Assembly (NCBI GenBank): GCA_963822965.1
Contig: CAWGJT010000006.1
Coordinates: 192,001 to 256,000 of the forward strand
Origin: an uncultured delta proteobacterium
GTDB lineage: Bacteria; Myxococcota_A; UBA9160; UBA4427
Direction: 5' to 3'
Length of the DNA: 64,000 bases
Positions 16,076-33,274 of the stretch are shown here, piece after piece. The translations under genes were made by a program, and so were the position numbers. Below the pieces are notes generated by a model, which was given only the letters and a program-made list of their open reading frames with translations, did not search any database and was not told the origin of the DNA. Position 1 is the stretch's first letter; each line of letters begins with the position of its first letter.

Positions 16076-16470
16076 ATGTACCTCCCGCCGCCAGCCATCC
16101 GCGCTACGGCCTGCCGGCCTTCCCCACGGTCAGGGTCCGCGATCACCAGCCCACGATCCCGAACCGACCGACCCGCGGAGACGAACCCGCTCCTCGTCTC
16201 CGTGCATCCGGCCACCCAGCTGCTGTGGAGCGCCAACGGCATCATCGAAGGGGAGACCCAGCCCTACTTCCTCGAACCCGCGTACACGACCGTGACGCTC
16301 GAGACCGAGGTCGTGCCGGGCTTCGGCTGGGCGCCGACGTCGATCCGCTTCGACTCCGGCTACACGTACTCGTACGGCGTCCAGCTCACGATCATCACGG
16401 AGGCCGAGGGATTCGTGTTCCGCGAGCAGGACTACGACGCTGGCTCGGCTCGAGGCGCCCCGCCTCCTGA
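16076..16470 (+). pseudogene. probable gene fragment of unknown function
   Basis: The segment ~16180-16440 (NPLLVSVHPATQLLWSANGIIEGETQPYFLEPAY...) has coding-like codon usage, but there is no convincing start and the frame runs into the antisense tRNA. Confidence 0.35.
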
Positions 16471-16563
16471 GGCCGGCGTCTGCGGACGCGAAGACGTCCG
16501 GCCAGGCAGACCCGCCCCACGTCGATTCGGACGGCTGGCAAGCACTCGAAATGCAGGACGCGA

Positions 16564-16640
16564 TGGCGGGGCGGACGGGACTCGAACCCGCAACTTCTGG
16601 CGTGACAGGCCAGTGCTCTAACCGGTTGAACTACCGCCCC
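16564..16640 (-). tRNA. tRNA-Asp(GTC)
   Basis: GGGGCGGTAGTTCAACCGGTTAGAGCACTGGCCT-GTC-ACGCCAG...GGTTCGAGTCCC...CCA. Confidence 0.97.
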
Positions 16641-16733
16641 GCGGTCACCGGGGCGGGTAGATTGCCGGAGTTTCGCGCGGTTGCAAGGGCGGGGGTCGAT
16701 TTCGGCGGCGGGGATCGACCGCGGCCGGGCCGG

Positions 16734-18965
16734 TCAGGAGCGCGGCACCGGGACGGGCACCTCGCGGCCGGCGGCCAGGTCTTCCTCGCGGACCGGGACG
16801 CGCCACTCCGCGGCTCCCGCCCGCACCCGGTAGGGGCCCCTGGGCCGGGCGGCAGGGGTCGCCGCCGTCGCCACCGTCGCATAGGGGACTCGCAGGCGGG
16901 CGGTTCCCGCGGCGTCGGCCCGGGCGCGGGTGCGCCAGGGGAAGGTCCTTCCCGTGGGCGTCTCGATCTCGACCTCCGCCAGCACCTCGCTGCCCGGGGG
17001 CTGGCGGGGCACCACGAGGACGGCGCCTTCGACGATCTCGAAGAGCTTGTAGGGGGCAGGGACGAAGGGCTTCGCGACGCCGCGCAGGGCGCCCAGGGGC
17101 ACGCCCTGGGCAGGCGCCTCGGTGACGAGCCGGAAGCGACCCAGGGCGGAGCGGACGTCGGTCGCGCTGCCGTCGCCCCGGTGCAGACGGTGCAGCAGCG
17201 TGGCCGGCGCGCGGCCCTCGTCGGTGGTGACGACGAAGCGCGCGCGCAGCGCCTTCGCCTCCGCGAGGCCCGCCTCCTCGTCCTTCGCAAGATAGAAGCG
17301 GTTCGTGGCGTGCAGGCCGTCGCGGCCCACGTAGGGACCGAAGTTGCCCGCCGGCGTGGGCCGGCGGCCCAGGGCGTTCACGATGAAGCCCAGGGTGGGA
17401 GGCGTGATGATGCCGTAGGCGGGCCGCACGCTCGGGTCCTCGTAGCCCGCCGTCTCGGGTGTGGCTTCACGCAGGGCGTTCACGAAGGCGTGGACACTCT
17501 GGTTGAGACCCAGACCCGGCCGTTTGACGATGACCTCGTAGCCCCGGAGCACCGCGAGGCTCCGCCAGGCGTGGGGTGCGAGCTCGGCAAGGTAGCCCCA
17601 GAAGAGGAGCGGGATCGCGAGCGCGGCCAGCCCTCGCGCGGGCGCCGCCGCCCGCGGCCAGCGCCGCGCGACGGTCCCCACCGCGAAGGCCAGCCCCAGC
17701 GCCAGCCCCACGCTGGCGGCCGGCGCCAGGTCGCTGCCGTAGCGCGCGTTCGAGACGGCGAGCACGCCGAGGAAGACGATCCAGCCCGTCAGGTAGAGCG
17801 CCGCGGCGCGGCGTCCGCTGCCCGGCGGCGACCGGCGCGCCTGGAGCAGCACCGCCAGCGGGACCCCGGGCAGCAGCCAGGCTGCGGCGCCGTACAGCCC
17901 GAGGGGCAGCGAGAAGTCGCTCCACAGGGGCTGCGTCTCGTAGTTGAAGCCGATGAATGGCTCGGCCCGGGTCGCATAGTCGAAGGCAGTGGCCAGGCTC
18001 TCGCGCGCCAGGAAGACGACCCCGATGCCGGCCGCCAGGCCGGCCAGCGACACGACGCCCACCCGCTGCGCGCGCGTCGTCGCCCTCCCCCGCCGCGAGC
18101 GCCAGGCAAGCCAGCCCCGTGCGACCGCCGCCACCGCCGCGAAGGCCAGCAGGACCGCCGGCTGCAGCCACGAGAGCTCGACGGCGGAGAAGCTCCCACC
18201 CCCCGCCGAGTGCGGGAGGCGGAGCGCGAGAGAAGCGAGCGCCGCGGCGAGCGCGCAGCCCGCGGCCTGCCAGCCCAGCAGGTCGCGCCGGTCGCTGGCC
18301 GCGGCGATGGTCACCCCCAGCCCCTCGGCCAGCACGACGTAGAGGATGCTGCCGTGCCACGTGAGCAGCATCGCGACGCGGGACGCGACGAGCAGCGCCT
18401 GCCAGCCGCCCGCCGCGCGCGACCCCGGACGGGATGCCAGGGATGCCGTGTGCCCCAGCAGCAGCAGGGTTGCCACGAGCGACACGGCGGCGTGGTGATC
18501 GGGATCGCCGAGGGACGCGTACTGCACGGCCACCGGCAGCAGCGCGAAGAACGCGACGGCGGCGAGGGCCGTGGCCGGACCGGCCAGCTGCCGCGCGACG
18601 ACGAAGACGGCGAGGGCCGTCAGAAGCGCCAGCACCACCGGCGCCCAGGCCAGCACGTGCTCGAGGCCGCCGCGATCCGCGCCGAGCGCCTTCGCGGCCG
18701 CGGCCAGGGCGAGGTCGTAGAGCGGTGGCCATGGCACCCAGGCGCCTTCGGGAAAGTTCAGGTAGGAGTCGAAGGCCAGGACGCCGGGAAAGTGCTCGAA
18801 CGAATAGCGTGCCCGCCGCGCGTGGTACTGGGCGTCGTCCAGGGCCAGCGCCACGACCGTGCCGCCCCTCGGCGCCCGAACGAACGTGCCCTCGAACCCC
18901 ACGGAACGGATCGCCACCACGGCCCCGCAGAGTCCCACCAGGGCGACGACCCGAGCCCACCTCAC
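16734..18965 (-). CDS. STT3/AglB-like oligosaccharyltransferase-fold membrane protein
   Basis: 743 aa multi-TM protein; DDAQYHARR..FDSYLNFPEG..WPPLYD, DPDHH, and a soluble domain with YGIITPPTLG..RPTPAGNF. Confidence 0.75.
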   Translation of the reverse strand: MRWARVVALVGLCGAVVAIRSVGFEGTFVRAPRGGTVVALALDDAQYHARRARYSFEHFPGVLAFDSYLNFPEGAWVPWPPLYDLALAAAAKALGADRGGLEHVLAWAPVVLALLTALAVFVVARQLAGPATALAAVAFFALLPVAVQYASLGDPDHHAAVSLVATLLLLGHTASLASRPGSRAAGGWQALLVASRVAMLLTWHGSILYVVLAEGLGVTIAAASDRRDLLGWQAAGCALAAALASLALRLPHSAGGGSFSAVELSWLQPAVLLAFAAVAAVARGWLAWRSRRGRATTRAQRVGVVSLAGLAAGIGVVFLARESLATAFDYATRAEPFIGFNYETQPLWSDFSLPLGLYGAAAWLLPGVPLAVLLQARRSPPGSGRRAAALYLTGWIVFLGVLAVSNARYGSDLAPAASVGLALGLAFAVGTVARRWPRAAAPARGLAALAIPLLFWGYLAELAPHAWRSLAVLRGYEVIVKRPGLGLNQSVHAFVNALREATPETAGYEDPSVRPAYGIITPPTLGFIVNALGRRPTPAGNFGPYVGRDGLHATNRFYLAKDEEAGLAEAKALRARFVVTTDEGRAPATLLHRLHRGDGSATDVRSALGRFRLVTEAPAQGVPLGALRGVAKPFVPAPYKLFEIVEGAVLVVPRQPPGSEVLAEVEIETPTGRTFPWRTRARADAAGTARLRVPYATVATAATPAARPRGPYRVRAGAAEWRVPVREEDLAAGREVPVPVPRS

Positions 18966-19010
18966 GCGAACGAAGCGCCCCGGAGACGCGAGCGCGAATC
19001 GCGGAAGGAA

Positions 19011-19084
19011 TGGGCGTGCACGGACTCGAACCGCGGACCCTCTCGGTGTAAGCGAGATGCTCTAGCCAGCTGAGCTACACGCCC
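19011..19084 (-). tRNA. tRNA-Val(TAC), CCA not encoded
   Basis: GGGCGTGTAGCTCAGCTGGCTAGAGCATCTCGCT-TAC-ACCGAGAGGGTCCGCGGTTCGAGTCCGTGCACGCCCA. Confidence 0.96.
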
Positions 19085-19135
19085 AAAGGATCCCACGCGA
19101 GCCCTCTCGAGGCGCTCGAGGCGAGAACCAGCGGG

Positions 19136-21619
<2,484 letters not shown>

Positions 21620-21655
21620 TCTCACCCCCAACCGGGTTTGCGGACCGGTACCGCC

Positions 21656-22903
<1,248 letters not shown>

Positions 22904-22952
22904 CGTCGACTTCTCTCTTTTGGGTTCTCTCTCGGATCGTGAAAGACAGCCT

Positions 22953-23618
22953 TCAAGAGAGCGGCACCCCTTCTCCGCTCTCGGCGCCACGGCCCTTCGG
23001 CCCGGTGCGCAGCTTGCCCCCATTCACCTTCACGGCCGGGCGCCGGCTCGCCACCTGGTCGACGATGCCGTAGTCCTTCGCTTCGGCCGCCGACATATAG
23101 TAGTCGCGCTCGGTATCCTTCGCGATCTGCTCCGCCGTGCGTCCCGTGTGCTCCGCGAGGATCTCGTGCATGCGCTCGCGCATCTTGAGGATCTCCCGCG
23201 CCTGGATGTCGATGTCCACCGCCTGCCCCCGGGCACCGCCCATCGGCTGGTGGATCATGATGCGCGAGTTGGTGAGGGCCACGCGGCGGCCGGGGGTTCC
23301 GGCGGCCAGCAGCAGCGCCCCCATGGAGGCGGCCTGACCGATGCAGGTGGTCTCGATCTGCGGGCGCACGAACTGCATCGTGTCGTAGATGGCCCAGCCG
23401 GCCGTCACGCTGCCCCCCGGCGAGTTGATGTAGAGGTGGATGTCCTTGTCGGGATCCTCGGCCTCGAGGAAGAGGAGCTGCGCGACGATCACGTTGGCGA
23501 CGTCGTCGTTGACCTCCGCGCCGAGGAAGATCACGCGGTCGCGCAGCAGCCGCGAATAGATGTCGAAGACACGCTCGCCACGCTGGCTCTGCTCGATGAC
23601 GTACGGAATCAACGGCAT
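22953..23618 (-). CDS. clpP: Clp protease proteolytic subunit
   Basis: [36 protein letters not shown]. Confidence 0.97.
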   Translation of the reverse strand: MPLIPYVIEQSQRGERVFDIYSRLLRDRVIFLGAEVNDDVANVIVAQLLFLEAEDPDKDIHLYINSPGGSVTAGWAIYDTMQFVRPQIETTCIGQAASMGALLLAAGTPGRRVALTNSRIMIHQPMGGARGQAVDIDIQAREILKMRERMHEILAEHTGRTAEQIAKDTERDYYMSAAEAKDYGIVDQVASRRPAVKVNGGKLRTGPKGRGAESGEGVPLS

Positions 23619-23917
23619 CTCTGGGCTCCTGGCTTCCCCGTTCCGATGGTAGACGACTTCGAAAGCACGAGTGAATCGCCCGACCGACACCTTCGTCGGC
23701 CTCTGGTGGTTACGGCGTTCCTGCGGGGGGGCGAGAGAGGTTTTAGCATCTTTGCCGGGGCGTCACCCGCGCCCTTCGATGCCGCGGGACGGCCGGTCGC
23801 CTCCGGGCCGGGCGCAGCCGGATTTCGCTCGGAACGGCCGCCCGTGTCGCGCGCTCCTGCCGGCTGCCTGCTCGTTGCGGAGCGCCCGCCGGCCCGAACG
23901 GGAACGCGCGGCGGCGC

Positions 23918-25240
23918 TCACTCGGACGCGGCCGTCTCCTCGACCTCCGCGTGCTCGGCCAGCAGGTCGAGGGCTTTCTGGTCCACCAGCTCCGAGCGGA
24001 TCGCCTCGTGCCAGCCCTGCTCGTGCGCAATCTTGCGGAGCTGTGCGGGCGGCATGCCACGGCCCTCGGCCATCTCGTCGAGCCGGGCGTGCACGTCCTC
24101 GTCCGTGGCCTCGATCTTCTCGGCCCGGGCCACGGCCTCCAGCAGGAAGGCCTCGCGCACGCGACGACTCGCCGCCTCCCGGCCATCCTCGGCCATTCGA
24201 ACGAGCTGGGACTGGAGCACCTCCGGCGGAAGCTGGTGCTCGTACTCCCGGCGGAACGACGCGATCTGGTGCTGGAGCTGGCGCTCGACGATGCCCGGCG
24301 GCACCTCGAAATCGGTCCGCTCGATGAGGACGTCCATGACGCTCCGTCGCAGCATCGAGTCGGCGGCGCGCTGGCGTTCGCTGCGCAGGTCGCTGCGGAT
24401 GCGCTCCCGCAGCTCATCCAGGCTCTCGAAGTCGCCCACGTCCTTGGCGAACTCGTCGTCGAGGTCGGGCAGCTTCCGCTTCTTGACGGCTTCGACGTGG
24501 ACGTCGAAGACCGCGTGCTTGCCCGCCAGCTGCTCGTTGCCGTAGTCGCCCGGGAAGTCGATCGCCACCTCGCGGTCCTCTCCGGCCACCGCGCCCTCGA
24601 GCTGCTCTTCGAAGCCGGGCACGAAACGACCCGAGCCCAGCTCGATCTCGTGTCCCTGGGCGCTGCCTCCCTCGAACGGCTCGCCGTCGACCCGGCCCAC
24701 GAAGTCGATGGTGACGAAGTGCCCGGAGGCGGCCGCGGTGCCCTCGGGCTCCTCGACCAGGGGTGCGCTCCGCTCGCGCAGGGTCTCGAGCTGGCGCAGC
24801 ACCTCGTCCTCCCCCACCTCGACGGCCGGACGCTGCGCCGGCAGTCCCCGGGTGTCCGGCAGCTCGATCTCGGGCTTCAGCTCGATGCGGGCCTGGTAGA
24901 CGAAGTCCGCACCCGGCTCGGGACGCCCGGCCTCGATATCCGGCTCCACCAGGGGCTCGACGCCGGCCAGCTCGATGGCGTCTCGCAGCGTCTCGCTCAC
25001 GAGCTGCCGCTCGATCTCGTCGGGGATCGAGGCGCCGTACAGGCGCTCGAGCACCGGGCGCGGCGCCTTGCCCGGCCGAAAGCCCTTCACGCGGGCCTCC
25101 TTCCGGAGATTCTTGTAGGTGCGGTCGAAGGTACGGTCCACCCGGGCCTTGGAGACCGTCACGGAGAGCACCTTCACCACGGGACTCTCTTCGGTCACCT
25201 CGACGCGGATGTGACCGTCACTCGATTCGAAGCCAGTCAT
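23918..25240 (-). CDS. tig: trigger factor
   Basis: GFRPGKAP ribosome-binding motif, FKBP domain, canonical position before clpP. Confidence 0.96.
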   Translation of the reverse strand: MTGFESSDGHIRVEVTEESPVVKVLSVTVSKARVDRTFDRTYKNLRKEARVKGFRPGKAPRPVLERLYGASIPDEIERQLVSETLRDAIELAGVEPLVEPDIEAGRPEPGADFVYQARIELKPEIELPDTRGLPAQRPAVEVGEDEVLRQLETLRERSAPLVEEPEGTAAASGHFVTIDFVGRVDGEPFEGGSAQGHEIELGSGRFVPGFEEQLEGAVAGEDREVAIDFPGDYGNEQLAGKHAVFDVHVEAVKKRKLPDLDDEFAKDVGDFESLDELRERIRSDLRSERQRAADSMLRRSVMDVLIERTDFEVPPGIVERQLQHQIASFRREYEHQLPPEVLQSQLVRMAEDGREAASRRVREAFLLEAVARAEKIEATDEDVHARLDEMAEGRGMPPAQLRKIAHEQGWHEAIRSELVDQKALDLLAEHAEVEETAASE

Positions 25241-25263
25241 GAGGATCTCGCTGCGCAGGAGGT

Positions 25264-25349
25264 TGGTACCGGGGACAGGACTCGAACCTGCACGTCCAAG
25301 GGACGGTGGCTCCTAAGGCCACTGCGTCTACCAGTTCCGCCACCCCGGC
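25264..25349 (-). tRNA. tRNA-Leu(TAG)
   Basis: GCCGGGGTGGCGGAACTGGTAGACGCAGTGGCCT-TAG-GAGCCAC, long variable arm, CCA end. Confidence 0.96.
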
Positions 25350-25430
25350 AGGCGGATTCGGACCTTAGCAGAAGCCCGGCCCCTCCCCCGGCGGCTCCGG
25401 AGCGATGCCCCGCGGAAGTGCTCCCAGGAC

Positions 25431-25459
25431 TTGCCCCTCGCGCGGCAGGCTTCTAAGGT
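25431..25459 (+). promoter_or_regulatory. sigma70-like promoter of tRNA-Lys
   Basis: TTGCCC-N17-TAAGGT, 6 nt before the tRNA. The same TAAGGT hexamer lies on the minus strand (25362-25367) before tRNA-Leu. Confidence 0.55.
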
Positions 25460-25465
25460 CCGCCC

Positions 25466-25541
25466 GGGCGCGTAGCTCAATTGGCAGAGCAAGGGACTCT
25501 TAATCCCTAGGTTCGGGGTTCGATTCCCCGCGCGCTCACCA
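25466..25541 (+). tRNA. tRNA-Lys(CTT)
   Basis: GGGCGCGTAGCTCAATTGGCAGAGCAAGGGACT-CTT-AATCCCTAGGTTCGGGGTTCGATTCCCC...CCA. Confidence 0.96.
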
Positions 25542-25625
25542 GGTCGCTCTGCCGCACGACGGGGACACCAGCGAGCAGCAGGCAGCCAGCCGGGCAGCTC
25601 TCCCCGCCTCGTCGCGGGCCGGCAC

Positions 25626-29326
<3,701 letters not shown>

Positions 29327-29332
29327 GACCGC

Positions 29333-30922
29333 CTACCGCGCAGGCGGCGCGGCAGAGACCGGACCAGCGCACGCGTGGCGTCGTCGCCGAAGACGACAAG
29401 GCCGGCTCCCGCCGACCGCCGCGAACACGCCGCCGCCCAGCACCAGGTCGAGCCCGGCCGCCAGACGACCGGCGCCGCCGGTCTGCACCTGGCTGGCCGC
29501 CAGCGCCGCCGCTCCGGCGATCGCGACGCTGCGCAGCCCGGCCCCCAGCAGCGGCAGCAGCGGGGGCGTGCCGTGCAGCATCCGCGCCCACACCACGGTG
29601 GCCCCGGCGTTCACCGCCATGGCGATCACCCCGGCGGCCGCCAGGCCCTCGACCCCGCGGCTCTCGCGCAGGATCAGGTAGACGGGGATCACCGCCAGGG
29701 CGACCACCGTCCCGAGGATCATCGGGCGCCAGGTGTCCTCGCGCGCGTAGAAGGCCCGGCTCGCCACCTGCTGGACGATCCAGGCGGGCGTCGCGATGGA
29801 CATCACCGCCAGCAGGTGGGAGACGTTGCGCGCGGCCTCGGCGTCGAAGCGTCCCTGGCGGAAGAAGAAGTCCACGATCGGACCGGACAGCACGAACATC
29901 GCCGCCGCGGCCATCGTGCCGAGCCCGAGGGCCACCCGCAGCGAGCGCCCGAGCACGTCGTCGAGCTCGGCGGTGCGCCCGCTCGACCACAGGTTCGAGA
30001 GCACCGGCAGCGCCGCCGCCCCGATCGCCTGGCCGATCACGCCCACCGGCACCATGAAGAGCTTCCTCGCGTAGCCGAGATACGAGACGCTGCCCGCCGC
30101 GAGCGCCGCGCCCAGGTACTTCTCGTACCACTCGTCCACCGTCGCCAGCGAGATCCCCAGCATCAGCGGCGCCGCGATCCACAGGTAGCGCCCCAGGTCG
30201 CGGTCCCAGAAGGCGACCCGCGCGCCGCACCGCGCGCACCTGGCGCAGGTCGTAGAGGGGCACCAGCCAGTTGCCCAGGATCGCGCCGGCGAGCACCCCC
30301 CAGGCGAATCCCTCCACGTCGCCGGTGATGCAGGCCGCCCGGCGATCACGCAGCCGTTGTAGAGCAGCGGCGCCGCCGCCTGGGCGCCGAAGCGGCCGTG
30401 CGCCATCAGCACGGCGCGCAGGATGCCGCCCGTCACGAAGAAGACCTGGGCGGGCAGCATGATCCAGGTGAGGCGCAGGGTGAGCGCCTGGATCTCCGGG
30501 TCGAAGCGCGTGAGCTGCGAGGCGACGATGTCCTCGGCGAACCAGGCGAGCACCGCGGTTCCCAGCACCGCCAGCAGGCCCAGGGTGCCGAGGATGGTCG
30601 CGAACAGGTGGCCCGCCGCCGCCTCGCCCCGCTGCTCGCGCACCCGCGTGTAGAACGGGATGAACGCGATCGCGAGGGCGCCGCCCGCCAGCAGGTAGTT
30701 GAGCAGATCGGGCAGCAGGAAGGCGATGAAGTAGGCGTCGGTCTCCGGGCCCGCACCCGCCCGGTTGGCGAGCACGAGATCGCGCACGTAGCCCGAGATG
30801 CGCGACAGGAAGACGCTCGCGGCGAGCAGCACCGCCACGGCGCCCAGACGCGACGACTCCGCCCGGCTCGACGCCCCCGGGCGACCCGCGGACTGCCCTG
30901 CCCCGCCGGACGCTTCGCTCAC
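29333..30922 (-). CDS. murJ: MurJ/MviN lipid II flippase (with apparent local frameshifts)
   Basis: [53 protein letters not shown]. Confidence 0.88.
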   Translation of the reverse strand: MSEASGGAGQSAGRPGASSRAESSRLGAVAVLLAASVFLSRISGYVRDLVLANRAGAGPETDAYFIAFLLPDLLNYLLAGGALAIAFIPFYTRVREQRGEAAAGHLFATILGTLGLLAVLGTAVLAWFAEDIVASQLTRFDPEIQALTLRLTWIMLPAQVFFVTGGILRAVLMAHGRFGAQAAAPLLYNGCVIAGRPASPATWRDSPGGCSPARSWATGWCPSTTCARCARCGARVAFWDRDLGRYLWIAAPLMLGISLATVDEWYEKYLGAALAAGSVSYLGYARKLFMVPVGVIGQAIGAAALPVLSNLWSSGRTAELDDVLGRSLRVALGLGTMAAAAMFVLSGPIVDFFFRQGRFDAEAARNVSHLLAVMSIATPAWIVQQVASRAFYAREDTWRPMILGTVVALAVIPVYLILRESRGVEGLAAAGVIAMAVNAGATVVWARMLHGTPPLLPLLGAGLRSVAIAGAAALAASQVQTGGAGRLAAGLDLVLGGGVFAAVGGSRPCRLRRRRHACAGPVSAAPPAR

Positions 30923-30975
30923 GATTCCCCCCCGGCGGCATTATGGGACGGACGGACCGCTTCTGCCGGCGGAGA

Positions 30976-32096
30976 TCACGAGCGGGGGTTGGGCTCCTTC
31001 CACAGGTCGCCGGTCCAGGCCTCCACGACGAAGTCGTCCCCCTGCGCGGCCGCGCACCCAGGGATGGTCCAGCGGCACCTTGCCGAACGGCGTATCGAGC
31101 ACGTACTGGGGAATCGCGAAGCCGCTGGTGCGACCGCGCAGCGCGCGGAACAGCTCGATGCCCTTCTCGATGGGCGTCCGGAAGTGGGCGGTGCCCTCGA
31201 GCAGCTGGGCCTGGTAGCAGTAGTACGGCCGCACGCGCATCCGCACCAGGGTCTCGCACAGCTCCTTCATGGTGGCCTCGTCGTCGTTGATGCCGGCGAG
31301 CAGCACGCTCTGGTTGCCGACCGGGACGCCCGCCCGCAGCAGCCGGTCGCACGCCAGGGCAGCGGCGTCGGTGAGCTCGCGGGGATGGTTGAAGTGCGTG
31401 TTCAGCCAGATCGGGATGATGCCGGGCCAGCAGCTCGCACAGGGCGTCGGTCACCCGGTACGGCAGGGTCACCGGCAGCCGGGTGCCGAGCCGGATGATG
31501 TCCACGTGCGGGATCTCGCGCAGGCGCTCCAGGATCCAGCCGAGACGCGCGTCCGAGTAGGTGAGCGGGTCGCCGCCGGTGAGCAGCACGTCGCGGATCT
31601 CGGGGGTCGCGCGCGATCCAGTCGAGCGCCTCCTGGAGCTCGCGCTTCTTCATGGTCCACTCGAGGTCGCCCACCATGCGCTTGCGCAGGCAGAAGCGGC
31701 AGTAGAGCGCGCACTCGTTGTTCACGCAGAACGCGATGCGGTCGGGATAGACGCGGATCACGTTCTTGACCGGCGAGTGGGCCACCTCGTCGAGGGGATC
31801 CGCGAGCCCCGCCGTGTCGAGGGCCTCGACGGACCGGGGCACCACCTGGCGCCGCAGCGGGACAGGTCGGGATCGTCGGGGTCCATCAGGGAGGCGTAGT
31901 AGGGAGTGATCACGAAGTGGAAGCGATCCGAGAGCTGCTCGATGGCCCGGATCTCGTCCGGCACCGGGTGCACGTAGCGGGCCAGGTCCTCGGCCGTGCG
32001 GATGCGGTGCTGCATCTGCCACGACCAGCTGGTCCAATCGGCCGGGTCGACGCCGGCGGGAACCGGAGCCGGGCGCACCCCACGCAGGGCGGTCAC
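30976..32096 (-). CDS. KamA-family radical SAM/PLP aminomutase (frameshifted)
   Basis: Joined reading: [77 protein letters not shown]; likely ends WKEPNPRS*. Confidence 0.9.
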
Positions 32097-33142
32097 GGCG
32101 CCGCCTTCCGGGCGACGCACGGGGCGCGCTCCGGCAGGCCCAGCCGGCGCAGCCCCCCCGCCAGCACCTCGGAGAGCAACGCTTCCAGGGAGCGTCCCTC
32201 GAGCTCCGCCAGGATCGCGAAGGTGCCGTCCACCGCGAACGTCGGCAGCGGATTGATCTCCAGGAAGACCGGCTCGCCGGAGGCGTCGAGGCGGAAGTCG
32301 CAGCGGGCGAAGTCCCGGCACTCCAGGGCCTCGAAGACCCACAGGGCCAGGTCCTGCAGGCATTCTTCGAGGGCGGGCGAGAGGTCGCCCGCCAGCCGGT
32401 GGCCGCCCCCTTCGCCGTGGACCTCGAGGGCATGCAGGCCGATCCCGCTGCGTGCGTCGAGCGCGCGCTGGAGCACCGGCAAGGGCCGCGGAGGGTCGTT
32501 GCCCACCACGGCCACGGTGTACTCCGCGCCCGGCACGAAGCCCTCCACGAGGGCCGGCTGCGCGTAGTCGGCCGCGACGCGCGCCACCTCGCGCACCAGC
32601 GCCTCCCGGTCCTCGACCCGGGAGCTGGTGCGGATCCCCTTGGCGCTGCCCTCCCAGCGAGGCTTCACGAAGAGCGGAAACGCGAGCCAGTACTCCTCGA
32701 GGCGCAGGCTCCGCGCGTCGTCGGCGCTTGCCAGCACGCACTGGGGCGCCACCGGGACGCCGGCAGCGGCCACCGCCCGGTTCGTCCAGGCCTTGTCGAG
32801 GCTGGTGGACAGGCTGAGCGCGTCCGAGCCCAGCAGCGGGACGCCCGCCATCTCGAGGAGCACCGGCGCCCAGGCCTCCCGATTTCGCGAGCCGAAGCCT
32901 TCGGCGATGTTGAGGGCCGCGTCGACGCCGAGCGGAGCGCTCCCGGCGACGCGCGCGAGTAGCTCGTGGGGGCTTCCGAGGCGGACGGGTTCGTGGCCAA
33001 GCGCCCGGATCGCGGCCTCGAGCGCCGCGACGGTGCTCTCGGGCTCGTACTCGACGTGGGCGTCCGACGGCTCCGCGGGCCGCCGCGGGTAGGTGTCGAA
33101 GGTCTCGAAGACGATGCCGATCGTGAGCGCACGCTCTTCCAT
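32093..33142 (-). CDS. D-Ala-D-Ala ligase-like ATP-grasp enzyme
   Basis: NIAEGFGSRNRE, LDKAWT, FPLFVKPRWEGSAKGI, LVEGFVPGAEYTV, ARCDFRLD, FLEINPLP; stop overlaps the kamA-like start (GTGA). Confidence 0.87.
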   Translation of the reverse strand: MEERALTIGIVFETFDTYPRRPAEPSDAHVEYEPESTVAALEAAIRALGHEPVRLGSPHELLARVAGSAPLGVDAALNIAEGFGSRNREAWAPVLLEMAGVPLLGSDALSLSTSLDKAWTNRAVAAAGVPVAPQCVLASADDARSLRLEEYWLAFPLFVKPRWEGSAKGIRTSSRVEDREALVREVARVAADYAQPALVEGFVPGAEYTVAVVGNDPPRPLPVLQRALDARSGIGLHALEVHGEGGGHRLAGDLSPALEECLQDLALWVFEALECRDFARCDFRLDASGEPVFLEINPLPTFAVDGTFAILAELEGRSLEALLSEVLAGGLRRLGLPERAPCVARKAAP

Positions 33143-33274
33143 GGAAGGGCAAGGATAACGTGCCCGGAGCGCCTGCCGGTGCCGGGCCGGCTTCGGAAGC
33201 GGTCCCGCGCTGCGGGCGGACGCGGCGATTCGGTATAACGTCGCGACCGTCCCACCCCCTGTGCGAGGCGCGCG

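Noticed and set aside
30976..32096. KamA homologue as EpmB of EF-P modification
   Set aside because: No efp or epmA nearby; it is coupled to a Ddl-like ligase and has an altered pocket.
32093..33142. Ddl-like gene as a vancomycin-resistance ligase
   Set aside because: No vanH/X/R/S context, and it lacks the canonical Ddl/Van N-terminal GGxSxE motif and omega loop.
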